A stretch of DNA of 64,000 bases from the human T2T-CHM13v2.0 reference genome, Homo sapiens. A program made the position numbers and the translations under genes. Shown here in pieces: positions 12,236 to 23,849 of this stretch. The first letter of the stretch is position 1; each line of letters starts with the position of its first letter. The stretch is from the NCBI RefSeq assembly GCF_009914755.1, contig NC_060933.1; one strand, written 5' to 3'. The notes beneath the pieces were generated by a model. The model was not told the origin of the DNA and ran no database searches. It worked only from the letters and a program-made list of their open reading frames with translations.

Positions 12236-13110
12236 TGAGGGCCCTGATCAGTGTGGGCCTCATCAGTGGACCTAGTCAGCTGGGACTTGGTCAGTGAGGC
12301 CTATTTATTGGGGGCGTGGTCAGCAGGGGTCTACTTAGAGAGGGTCTCATTAGGGGGACCTAGTAGTGGGGTCTTGGTGAGTGGGGACCTAGTGGCAGCC
12401 ACTTGTTTGGTGTCTGGTCAGTGTAAAAACTAGGCTGCAGGACTTTGTCAATGGAGACCTGGTCAGCTGGGCTTAGTGGTGGCCTTGTCAGCATGGGCTG
12501 GGTCACTGGTGACCAGCTCAAGGGGTGCTATTCAGTGGAGGCCTGGTCACATGGGACCCAGTCAGCAGGGCCTGCTGGCCATGTCCTCACCAGTGAGGCC
12601 CTTGTCAGTGGGGCCCTGGTCAGCGCAGCCTGGTCAGTGGAACCTAATCAGTGGGGGCCTGTTCAGAGAGAGCACATTCTGTGGTGGCTCTTGTAGCTCT
12701 GGTCTGTGGGGTGACCTGGTCAGCAGGGATCTGAGCAGTGGGTGCCTATTCAGTGGGGCCTACTCACTAGGGTCACAGTCAGGGGCATCTGGTCCCCTAC
12801 GGCCTGGTTAATAGGGGCCTGATCAGTGGCAGCCTGTTCCCTGGAGGCCTGGTCAGTGGGGCCTCATCTGTGGTGCCAGGCATTGGGGTCACGATCAGTG
12901 GAACCTGGTCAGTGAGGCCTAGTCAGTAAGGACCTGGTCAGTGAGGCCCTGGTCAGTAAGGTCCTGGTCAGTGGGGTCCTGGACACTGTGGGCCTAGCAG
13001 CAAGGGCCTGGTTAGTGGGGCCTGGTCATGGGGTTCTAATCAGTGAGGGTGTGGTCAGGAAGGACCTGATGTGCGGGATATGGTCAGCAGGGACCTGGTC
13101 AGCGGGGGCT
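12236..13110. repeat. Degenerate GC-rich minisatellite, ~14-15-bp unit (GGGGCCTGGTCAGT)
   Basis: Recurrent ...cctggtcagt/tggtcagc... words throughout, e.g. 12901-12980 gaacctggtcagtgaggcctagtcagtaaggacctggtcagtgaggccctggtcagtaaggtcctggtcagtgggg. Confidence 0.8.
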
Positions 13111-13317
13111 GCTGAGCACTGCTGGGAGATGTCAGGTGCAATGCACGTTATCGAGGGCGCTGTGGACAGTCAGGATGGCCCAGTAGTGCCCAAAGGCCCA
13201 GTCAAAACTGGACAAAGCAGGTGTTTGGATGGACCTGGGAGATCTTGCTCAGAGATTCTGACAGGACAAAGGTAAAGGAAGGGCCAGAGTGGCCGGATAG
13301 ATGGTCACAGTCTATGG

Positions 13318-14288
13318 GCTGCACAGGATGAGGAAGCCAGAGAACAGGCAAGGTGGGCAGCAGGGGTGCAGGGAGAGGCAGGTGCATGCTGGGAGGTCAG
13401 ACCCTGTGAGGGCTGTGGGGGCGTCAGGTGGGGTGGGCTCCAGGTGCACCCTCAGTGCACTGGGCAGGTCTCAGCCCAGGCTCCCTGGACCCCAGCAGGG
13501 TGATGTGGTCACTCTCTGGGGGACTGCTGTCAGGCACCGGGCACCCACCATGGGCAGCACTGTCCCATCTCAGGAATGGACTTTCTCAGATGCTGCAGAG
13601 GGCACAGCCTCCAGCCCAGGAGGGGCAGCCCCATGGTGCAGCCGGAGCTATCCATTGGCCTGGAGTGTCCCCTGCCAGCCCTGCGCTCCCTCTTCTCCCG
13701 GGTCCCGCTTTTCCAGTGTCAGCCAGCAGAGGGGCTCCGTCCTCCCTTCCCTATGTGTCTCCTGGGCTGAAACTTGCAGCGGTTTGGGACAGGGATGGTG
13801 CTTCCCTCAGGCCCATTTAGGGAGGGGACTGGCTCCCAGCCTGGCACAGGTCCTCAGCTCTGCCTTGGTTGCCTTAGAGTGAGCAGGATCAGTCAGTGCC
13901 CTGAAGGTAGAGCTAAGAGACTGTCCTTGCTGTGTGGGAGGCTGGTCTAGGGATGGAGGACTTAACAGGTCCTCCCAGTCTGTCAGGCCTAGACAGTATT
14001 GTCCTGTCTCAGGACTCAGAAAGTCCAGTCCTGAGATGGGACGGTGCTCCCCAGGGTGGGTGGCCAGGGCCTGACAGCAGTCCCCCAGGGAGTGACCACA
14101 TCACCCAGCCGGGGTCCAGGGAGCCTGGCCTGAGACCTGCCTAGTGCATTGAGGTTGCACCTGGAGCCCACTCCAACTGATGCCCCCACAGCCCTCACAG
14201 GGTCTGACCTCCCAGCATGCACCTGCCTCTCCCTGCACCCCAGATGTCCACCCTACCTGTTCCCTGACTTCCTCCATCCTGTCCAGCA
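13318..14288. repeat. Inverted repeat, ~270-bp arms (~13318-13590 and ~14012-14288), ~420-bp spacer
   Basis: ORF 13301..13882(+) and ORF 14016..14222(-) give near-identical peptides (HAGRSDPVRAVGAS...GSTVPSQ.WTF); the DNA arms are reverse complements. Confidence 0.9.
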
Positions 14289-17200
14289 GGATGGGCTGGA
14301 CAGTGGGACAGCCTTTGTGCACATTTTGTGGCAAGTAGGAGTGACACACCATCCCTGGGAGGCACCATGGTTCCTGCCAAACCCAACCCCAGAACTCTGT
14401 CCCTGAGGTGGTTTTACCAAAACCCAAAACCCAGAACTATGGTCGTGGCTCAGGGGTCAGCACCTGCTAGTACCAGGACACTACTGGGAGGCTGGGACCT
14501 GACTGAAGCCCATGATGTCTGTGGCCTGAGGACAGGGTATGTTGGGGCCATAAGGTCTGGCCACCAATGGCCATTGGGTCCTAGGGCCTCAGTCCCAGTG
14601 TTTGCCCTTCCCTGGCTCCTTCTGGTTCAGTCCCATTAGGGCCCTGGAGCCCAAGACCCAGCACCCAAGGTCCCCTCCAGGAATCCTGGCAGCTTGGCTT
14701 CCTTTATCATGTTTCATCTGAGAGCAAAAATGTCAGATCGCCCCCCCTCTCCCTCTCCCTCTCCCTCTCCCTCTCCTCCCTCTCCCTCTCCCTCTCCCTC
14801 TCCCCATGGTCTCCCTCTCCCTCTCTTTCCACGGTCTCCCTCTGATGCCGAGCCAAAGCTGGACTGTACTGCCGCCATCTCGGCTCACTGCAACCTCCCT
14901 GCCTGATTCTCCTGCCTCAGCCTGCCGAGTGCCTGCGATTGCAGGCGCGCGCCGCCACGCCTGACTGGTTTTCCTATTTTTTTGGTGGAGACGGGGTTTC
15001 GCTGTGTTGGCCGGGCTGGTCTCCAGCTCCTAACCGCGAGTGATCCGCCAGCCTCGGCCTCCCAAGGTGCTGGGATTGCAGACGGAGTCTCGTTCACTCA
15101 GTGCTCAATGGTGCCCAGGCTGGAGTGCAGTGGTGTGATCTCGGCTCGCTACAACCTCCACCTCCCAGCCGCCTGCCTTGGCCTCCCAAAGTGCTGAGAT
15201 TGCAGCCTCTGCCCGGCCGCCACCCCGTCTGGGAAGTGAGGAGCGTCTCTGCCTGGCCGCCCATCGTCTGGGATGTGAGGAGCCCCTCTGCCTGGCTGCC
15301 CAGTCTGGAAAGTGAGGAGCATCTCTGCCCGGCCGCCATCCCATCTAGGAAGTGAGGAGTGCCTCTACCCGGCCGCCATCCCATCTAGGAAGTGAGGAGC
15401 AGTCTCTGCCCGGCCGCCCATCGTCTGAGATGTGGGGAGCACCTCTGCCCCACCGCCCCGTCTGGGATGTGAGGAGCGCCTCTGCCCGGCCGTGACCCCG
15501 TCCGGGAGGTGAGGAGCGTCTCTGCCCGGCCGCCCCGTCTGAGAAGTGAGGAGACCCTCGGCCTGGCAGCCGCCCCGTCTGAGAAGTGAGGAGCGTCACC
15601 GCCTGGCAGCCACCTCGTCTGGGAAGTGAGGAGCCCCTCCGCCCGGCAGCCACCCCGTCCGAGAGGGAGGTGGGAGTCAGCCCCCTGCAGGCCAGCCGCC
15701 CCATCCGGGAGGGAGTGGGGGGCCAGCCCCCCGCCCGGCCAGCCGCCCCGTCCGGGAGGTGAGGGGCGCCTCTGCCCGGCCGCCCCTACTGGGAAGTGAG
15801 GAGCCCCTCTGCCCGGCCACCACCCCGTCTGGGAGGTGTACCCAACAGCTCATTGAGAACGGGCCATGATGACAATGGCGGTTTTGTGGAATAGAAAAGG
15901 GGGAAATGTGTGGAAAAGATTGAGAAATCGGATGGTTGCTGTGTCTGTGTAGAAAGAAGTAGACATGGGAGACTTTTCATTTTGTTCTGTACTAAGAAAA
16001 ATTCTTCTGCCTTGGGATCCTGTTGATCTATGACCTTACCCCCAACCCTGAGCTCTCTGAAACATGTGCTGTGTCCACTCAGGGTTAAATGGATTAAGGG
16101 CGGTGCAAGATGTGCTTTGTTAAACAGATGCTTGAAGGCAGCATGCTCGTTAAGAGTCATCACCACTCCCTACTCTTAAGTACCCAGGGACACAAACACT
16201 GCGGAAGGCCGCAGGGTCCTCTGCCTAGGAAAACCAGAGACCTTTGTTCACTTGTTTATCTGCTGACCTTCCCTCCACTATTGTCCTATGACCCTGCCAA
16301 ATCCCCCTCTGCGAGAAACACCCAAGAATGATCAATAAAAAATAAAAAAAAAGTCAGATTGGATGCACAGAAAAATGGCCCAAATTGTTTAATGACTAGA
16401 AGAAATATAGGAGCAGCAAGAATGTGATGTGAAGAGGGGAGGGCCTCCATGACCGGTGTCTGCAGAGCCAGGGGTACAGGCACCCAGTGTTGTGGCCTGG
16501 CACCACTGGCCTCTCAGAGGGTGGGTAGCACACTGTCCTTACCCGGAGGACAGCAGGCCTGATCACCAGCTTTTCTACCTGTCCCTGTAAGCATCACGTT
16601 GCTAGAAGAAAATCTCATGCCAGAGCTTGGACCATCCCTAGCTCAGAGGTTAGGGGTTGTCTCTTGGTGACCTACATGAAAAAATAGGTCCAGATCAGAG
16701 TTCCTGATGCAGAGCACTCATCCACTCTTTCAATCGTTGGAGGAGAGGCCTGGTTTTAGGTAAACCTAACCTCTTTGAGGAACCACAGAGCCCAAGACTG
16801 GAAACCTTCAGAATCTGCTGGCCCCCAACCCTCCCTGGGGACCCCTGTGGCCTGTCTCACCAGAGCACTCTTCTGTCTGTAGATGTCTCAGCGGCTCTAC
16901 AAGGGAGTCCCATTTCAGGTGTGGGGCTGGGCATGGTCACTCCTGCTGGATGTCTAGAAGATGGAAACTAAGGACCTAGGAAAATGCCAGATACAGCCTT
17001 TCCACCCTCATCCAGAGCAGGACAAACAGGCCAGGTGGTGTCAGGAGCCCAGGTCTCCAGCTGGAGGGAACGTCAACCCTGCAGTGGGAGCAGGGGCCCA
17101 TCGCACATCCTAGGCACAGATGCTAATGTAGGCACTGCAGGTAAGCTGGGCTTGGTACCCTTCCCTGGCTTCAGAAAGAAGCCAACAAGGAGCGTTTTGC

Positions 17201-17434
17201 AGAATGAAACCTCTTTTCCATCCAGAAGCACTGCTGACTGTAGGTGGTTGCCGTTTGTGGCAGTGAGCATTTTGTCCATTCTGAGGTTGGATTGGTTTCT
17301 TCTTTTGGCCTTGCCCTGCCCTACAGACCATAAAGGAGAACAGCAAGAGGCCCCCAGCAAACATCCACAGATGGCCCTGGACATCAGCCACATTCTGAGA
17401 AACATGTCATGTTCTGGGAGGGCTAAGGCATCAA
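13880..17434 (+). pseudogene. Unprocessed pseudogene remnant of a TBC1D3/TBC1D26/USP6NL-family Rab-GAP TBC gene; 4 exons: 13880-13912; 14725-14740 joined to 16362-16423; 16883-16990; 17327-17434
   Basis: Exon translations: ..VSAL.V. ; QKCQIGCTEKWPKLFND*KKYRSSKN ; MSQRLYKGVPFQVWGWAWSLLLDV*KMETKDLGKCQ (108 bp, 36 codons) ; TIKENSKR..(fs)QMALDISHILR(fs)HVMFWEG*GIK. These align by eye with recalled TBC1D26/TBC1D3 (KW..ML.DW.KY.S..K / SQRVYK.IP..VRGRAWSLLLD / MKEKGKRS...LDVSHTL.KH..F..R.G.K). All four have AG acceptors; donors are CT, GT, AT and GT. Confidence 0.8.
14741..16352 (+). mobile_element. Full-length SVA retrotransposon (~1.6 kb)
   Basis: (CCCTCT)n hexamers from 14741, antisense Alu-like region, GC-rich VNTR (gcctctgcccggccgcc...gaagtgaggagc), SINE-R, AATAAA at 16334 and A-tail. 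TSD aaaaatgtcagatcg (14726-14740) / aaaaaagtcagattg (16347-16361). Confidence 0.97.
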
Positions 17435-17799
17435 GTTAGGCCTACGGGGCTGGATGATCCCAGGCAACGTGGGGCAATCCAGAGCCATGGGGGCTTTCCA
17501 TGGGAATTGGGAGGTCCCAAGGCAGAGTCAGAGGTTCCACAGGAGGAGTCACAGAGTCACCAAGGGCTCTCCTGGCCCAGGGAGCAGTCAACACCATGGA
17601 CTGAACACCTGCTGGGCTCCAAGCCCTGGGCCAGGCTGCCCATGTGGGGCCAGGAGGCAGCTCAGAGTGGGAGGCAGAGAAGTGTGCTCAGAGGGCACCT
17701 GTATCTGGATGTAATGTGGTCCTGAGACTGGCTGGGAAGTGCTTCCAGGGTATCATATGTGTTATGCAGTTACTTCCTCTCCCCAGCCTTACCCTGTAG

Positions 17800-18065
17800 G
17801 AATTCTAGTGACTATGTTGCCACCATCTTGGAGCTCCATGCCCTCATAGTGTAATGGCACCAGCAGATCTGCCTGTGCATGGACTTCCTGTACTACCTCA
17901 CTCCTGAGGGGAGATGTTTCTGCAGGGCCTATGACCTGGTGCACAACTTTAGACACCATCATCCTGGAGCAGCACTGCACCCTCACTAGCCAGAGTGTTG
18001 ACATCCTCAAGGCCAGGGCCACATTCAAGACTTTGGACTTCATTGATGCACTTGTGCTGAGCAAG
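17800..18065 (+). pseudogene. CYP4F26P: Solo CYP4F exon (exon-7 equivalent), cytochrome P450 4F pseudogene fragment
   Basis: ctgtag|G...AAG|gtggg. Translation NSSDYVATILELHALIV*WHQQICLCMDFLYYLTPEGRCFCRAYDLVHNF(fs)DTIILEQHCTLTSQSVDILKARATFKTLDFIDALVLSK vs recalled CYP4F KPSEYIAAILELSALV...DFLYYLTPDG.RFRRAC.LVHDFTDAVIQERRRTL...KTLDFIDVLLLSK. One stop and one frameshift. Family call is secure; the symbol rests on recalled locus position. Confidence 0.8.
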
Positions 18066-19478
18066 GTGGGCATCTCTGGTATCTTAATTCAGGAGGCAGA
18101 ATACAGCTTGAGATCAGGTGTCTGATCAAAGAACTTGAACTTGATCTGGAGGGCTCTGGGGAGCCATGGAAGGTTCTGGATAAAGGAGGGACAGTCAGCC
18201 ACGTTTTAGAAATGACTGTGGAAGTCTTCCTGGAAGGAGTGAACAAGAGCCAGGAGACCAGGGAGGGAGCTTGTGGGGCAGGTCTGGAGATGGCAAGGGA
18301 GGGATCCTGCTTGGATGAAAAGTCTTCAGGGACCATCTCAGGTTACACTCAGGTGCCCTCTGAGTTAGTGTGTTCTAAGTAAGGGGTTTTAAGCCTCCTA
18401 TTGTGGCTTATCCCTGACAGTGTCAGCACCAGCTCCCCTAACCCCACAGCTCAGGGTCCACTTTGCTTCTGTATCCTGCATGTTCCCCTTTCCTGCTGAA
18501 AAGCAGATTCCCCAATGAGCAGCAGAATCCTGTTTCTCCCTGCAGGCCCCTCTGCTCCATATGAGTGGTGTTTTGTGGGATTCCTCCCTTGGTTTTGGAT
18601 GAGAACACCCTTTCCCGTTCCACAGGGATTGTTTCTGTGGACCTTACCCCAGGTTTTCCCCTGGTCGGGCACCGGGCAGGTGGGGGTGGTGGGACCAACT
18701 CTTTAGAACCAGCAATGTCAAACAGATCCCACTCAGGGGAAGTTCATGCTAAGTGTCATGGGTCCTATGGAATTTTCTGAAGCTTTCCTTTTCTCCCCCA
18801 CCTTCAACCAGCTTATCTGATCTCCTGGGATCTCTACTAGGATGCTGGCAGCCCAGCCAGCTGGTCTGGCCCTGGACGTGCCTTCAGGTGCTGGTTATGC
18901 TTTATGACCTGTGTTGTGGTGAGTGATAAGCAGCACCTGCTTCTAGCTTCACTTTTGGGCCAGATTTCATCCCCACCGTGGTTCTTCATTGCAGCTGCTT
19001 TCTGCTCCCTCTATGGACCCTGCATGGAATTGCCCCATGTTTCTGTTTGGGCACCACTGAGGAAGGAAGCATGAAGGATGCACAGGTCAGGCCATTCTGT
19101 TGCCCACCTCGTGCTGGGTCTTTACTCCTGGGATGGCTTCAGGGGCAGCTCCTTTTCCATGCCTCCCCCCACCCCACATCTCTCAGGTTGCTGCTCAAAG
19201 GTCACCTCTTGGAGGGGTCTCTCCCTGTGACTGTGTTTGGAACAGCTCCCTCAGTTTCTTTCTAGCTCATCTCACTCTGGTAATGTCTTTCATTACCACC
19301 ACCATCTGACCTAGTCTTATGACCTGTTAGCTTCCTTCATCAGACATGAGCACCAGGATGGCAGGGGCCTCATCTGTCTTGTTCCTCCTGTGGCCTGGGT
19401 CCTAGCACCATGTCTGGTACAGTGTAGATGCTCAAGGGAAGTTTACTGTTGAAGAACTGTCTACCTGGGAGAGGTTAC

Positions 19479-19817
19479 TGTTAGTCTAAGCTGCACTATT
19501 TGGTAAACCCCTTGATGTTTTGCAGATCCTGGTCAGAGTAAAACATTCCATGGGAACTCGGGCTGTGAGAAACATCCTAACCACCTGACTGCAGAAACAT
19601 CCTTATCACATCCTGCTGGGCAAAGGCCCAACAGCCTGACTTCAGGAACATCCTTATCATCTTCTACTGAGCAGCAAGCTATACTGTCCAGAGCCCTCCC
19701 TCCCAGCCCCATGATTACCCCAGCCTGTAAGTGGCAGTGGGCGCTGACACTAAGCTGGTTTCCCCCTCCGCAGGGTTTTGCTAGTAATAAACCTGTGTTG
19801 CTGTTGAAGCGGCCAAT

Positions 19818-19860
<43 letters not shown>

Positions 19861-19928
19861 TGTGTGTCTGTGTGTCTGTGTGTGTGTGTGTGTGTCTTTA
19901 ACTCTTGCCTTGCCTTCAAATCCTTACA
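19479..19928 (+). mobile_element. Solo ERVL-type LTR (MER54-like) containing a (TG)n tract, adjacent to a MIR
   Basis: TG...CA ends (tgttagtctaagctgcac...tccttaca), AATAAA ~19786, MIR-like sequence at 19930-20060. Confidence 0.55.
19821..19895. repeat. (TG)n microsatellite
   Basis: Direct reading. Confidence 0.98.
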
Positions 19929-20234
19929 ATAACTCCACTTCTCCATTTCACCATGGAGGATACGGGACTCAAGGAGAGCAAGTAACTTACCCAGAATTAC
20001 ACAGCCAGTGAGTCACAGAGTCTGAACTTGAACTCAGTTCAGCTGAATCCAGAACTCTCATCTTCCTGAGAGTGCAGGAAAGGAAAGGTGGATATGCAGC
20101 TGGTGAGCAGCCCACATGCTTTTTCTAGGAGACCCCAAGGTGGGCTCCTGGGAATTGTGTCTTCATGGTCACAAAAGGACTGCTCACCTGCGCTGTGCAT
20201 CAGCTAAGTGTCCCCATTGTCCCAAATCTGCATT

Positions 20235-20660
20235 TCTTTTTATTCTTTTATTTATTTTATTTTGAGATAATGTCTCACTCTGTTCCCCAGGCTGGAGTGC
20301 AGTGGTGTGATCTCAGCTCACTGCAACCTCCACCACCTGGATTCAAGCTATTCTCCTGCCTCGGCCCCTGAGTAGCCGGGACTACAGATGTATGCCCAGC
20401 TAATTTTTGTACTTTAAGTAGAGATGGACTTTCACCATGTTGGCCAGGCTAGTCTTGAACTCCTGACCTCAAATGATCCACCCACCTCAGGCTCCCAAAG
20501 TGCTGGGATTGCAGGCATGAGCCACTGTGCCAAGCCTCAAATCCTCACTTCTTTTCAAAGATTTTTTTTTTTTGAGATGAAGTCTCACTGTTGTCACCCC
20601 GACTGGAGTGCAATGGTGCGATCTCGGCTCACTGCAACCTCCACCCTCTGGGTTCAAGCA
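20235..20660 (-). mobile_element. Antisense Alu (20235-20535) plus partial antisense Alu (20562-20660)
   Basis: T-rich tails followed by gagataatgtctcactctg...ctcccaaagtgctgggattgcagg and gagatgaagtctcac... Confidence 0.9.
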
Positions 20661-20661
20661 A

Positions 20662-21280
20662 TAGTAGGACATCCTAGTATTTGTGACAATGTGGATGAAC
20701 GTGGAAGTCATGCTAAGTGAAATAAATAAGCCACACAGAGAGATAAATATTACATGGTCTCACTTATACATGGGATCTGAAAAAGTCGAACTCATGGAAA
20801 CCAAAAGTAGAAGAGTGGTTACCAGCAGTCAGGGGGTGAGGAAAATGGAGAGATATTGGTTCAAGGGTACAAATTTTTAAATATAAAATGAGTAACTTTC
20901 TGGAAACCTAATGTAGAACATAGAGACTCTAGTTAATAATAATGTATTGTGTACTTGAAATATACTAAGAGAGTAGATCTTAAATATTTTCACCACAAAA
21001 AACTCAGGAGGCTGAGGCAGGAGAATTGCATGAACCTGGGAAGCAGAGGTTGCAGTCAGCCAAGATTGTGCCACTGCACTCCCAGCCTGTGTGACAGAGT
21101 GAGACTCCGTCTCAAAAAAAAAATGCTATGTATGTTAATGGGAATGTTAATTAGCTGGGTTGTGGTAATCATTTCACAATGTATACACATATCAAAATAT
21201 ATTGTACACCTTAAAGACATAATTTTTACTTGTCAATTATATCTCAATGAAGCTAGCCAAAAAAAAAAAAAAAAAAAAAA
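20662..21280 (+). mobile_element. Old L1 3' end (L1MA/MB-like) interrupted by a sense Alu right arm (21003-21123)
   Basis: tgctaagtgaaataa...ctcacttatacatggga...atatactaagagagtagatcttaaa...; terminal A-tail 21259-21282. Confidence 0.75.
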
Positions 21281-21409
21281 AACTGCATCCCAGCCTTGGG
21301 CAGTGGTAGACAGTGGATTCAATGGTTAATAGGATGATACGGCTGGGAATGACTCTCAGAAACATGAGGACTTGGTTGGATGGCTAACCATCCCCAGTCA
21401 ACCTCGTAA

Positions 21410-21804
<395 letters not shown>

Positions 21805-22289
21805 GATATCATCTTTCTAGAGCCAACGACAAGAGCAGCACTTATTTCCTGTACCATGAATTTGTGGGATGATTCAGACCAAATTCCTCAGCCCTCTTCA
21901 GGACATTTTGGCTAACTGAGGTCTTCTTGTCATGTTGGAGAAAGGGAGCAAGATGGGGATTCTGCACAACTCAAGCCCCAACATGTGGGGACAGACTCAA
22001 GTAGATCACCACTGAGGCTTTTTGTGGTAATGTGGATACTGGGAAGCCTGAGGAAGGCTGTGGCCACAAACAGGCTCATTGAATTTACCCCTTGAAATCT
22101 GCACAGAACTTGGACAGCTCACTCCCCGATGAGCCACCACATTTATACCTGCAGCTATGACCTTTCTCTTGAGCCTCAGACCCTTATATCCTCCTGAGCA
22201 CTGGTTATTTCTACTTTGATATTTAAAAGGCCCCTGAAAACTAACTCCTCTGAAACTGTTCATGTGGACAATTGACGTGTCAGAACCAA

Positions 22290-23190
22290 ACCTTAGACTT
22301 CTCCAAACTTACTGTCCCTCAGTACCCCTTTGCTGTGAAAGCAACATCATCCTGACAGGTGTTCAGAATACAGCTTTGTGGTATTTCTTGACTTATTCCC
22401 TGGTTGTCTCTTCTCCATCCCATCAGCAAAGCCTCTATCCCTACCTTCAGGATGTGCCTGTGTCTTACCACTTCTTTGCCTTCATGTGTTCTTGGCACCA
22501 TCACTTCTTGACAGGATGACTGTGGCTGCCTACTAACAATATTCCTTCTCCTGCCCTTGCACCCAGTCTGTGCTCCAGCCAGCACCAGAATAGCCTCCCA
22601 GGTCACTCCCCAGCTCAAAACCCCAATATATTTCCACTCATCAGAGTAGAAGCCAAATTATGCCCATCACCCATGAAGTCCAGGCTGAGCTGGCCACTGG
22701 TTATCTCTCTGATCTAACTCCAGAGCTGGGCCTTCGCTCACCCTGCTCCAGTATAAAAGGTCACCTTGCTGCTCCTTGAATGCACGAAGATGCATCTGCC
22801 CCAGGGCTTGGCATTTGCTCTTCCCTCTGCCTTGAATTGCTACCCCTGATACCCAAATGATGGTCTCTCTTCTGTTCCAATCTCTGCTGAAATGTCACCT
22901 TGTCAATAATGTCTTCCCAGATCACTTGTAGTGATCATCCATTAGGAACAGTGTTGACACCCACCCCCAAACCACCACCCCCTATTAACTTCCTGCCCCA
23001 TTTCTCTTGCAGCCCTCATTATCATTCAGCATGCCAAATACCATCCTTATTTGTGTATTTCTCTCCTTCATTGCTAGATTGTAAGTTTGATGAGGGCAGG
23101 ATTTTTTTCCACTTTGTCACTGCTTTATCTCCAATGACTCTTACAGAGTAAGCACACAGTAAATGCCTGTTAAAAGAACGATTGAATTGC
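22290..23190 (-). mobile_element. Degraded L2 fragments
   Basis: L2-like text (gatgcatctgccccagggcttggcatttgctc...ctagattgtaagtttgatgagggcagg...agtaaatgc). Confidence 0.55.
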
Positions 23191-23849
23191 ATGAGGACAA
23201 AGAAACTTTTATTTTACTGTCGTAATGCCATGACTTCCTCCAAATCTCCATGTGGATCTCTATGCCAGCTTTTTTCTGCCTCTACTTAATTTTCTCCAAG
23301 ACCTTCCTTGGAAATATCTGTATGCTTAGGAAGTTTTAATAGTAAAGAGTGGAGTAACAGCTAAAAATAAAATAAGTTATGAAATATACCTAGCAGCCAT
23401 GAAACCTCAACTTATAAAATGCAGAGGCCAGATTTGTTACATCCTCATCTGTTGGGGGTGGCTGAGGAGTTGGTCTTTGTGTGGCCTAAATCAGAACTTG
23501 GATGGCAAAACTGACTAGCTCAAATCTCAGGCTAGTGAAATCTGCAGGAAGAGTGGGTAAGGCTTGTGAAAAACGTACCAAACTACAGAAGCAGGGATGC
23601 CAGCGGAAAGAGATTTTTGATTAAAGAATGCAATAGAATGCTGAGGCCTCTAGAAGAGGCAGGAGTGAATCTCCTAGGGAAATTAAGACATTAATAACAG
23701 CTGTCTATGTGGGATATTTGGAAAAATAGTGCACACATAGGCCCATGGAAGGTGTATGTCCAAAGACCATAAGCATTTACATTAGAGTGATTAACAAAGG
23801 TCTTCCTCTGTGCAGAGCCATTCTTCAAAGATTGGGAGAGGTGGCCATT

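Noticed and set aside
186-12275. Many 60-160-aa ORFs recurring through the array
   Set aside because: Chance frames in MaLR sequence; starts, stops and frames differ between units.
12236-13110. CRISPR-like array
   Set aside because: Eukaryotic DNA; degenerate contiguous units without unique spacers or cas genes.
14694-16331. ORFs inside the SVA
   Set aside because: Expected stop-poor GC-rich SVA/Alu-like frames; no evidence of a gene.
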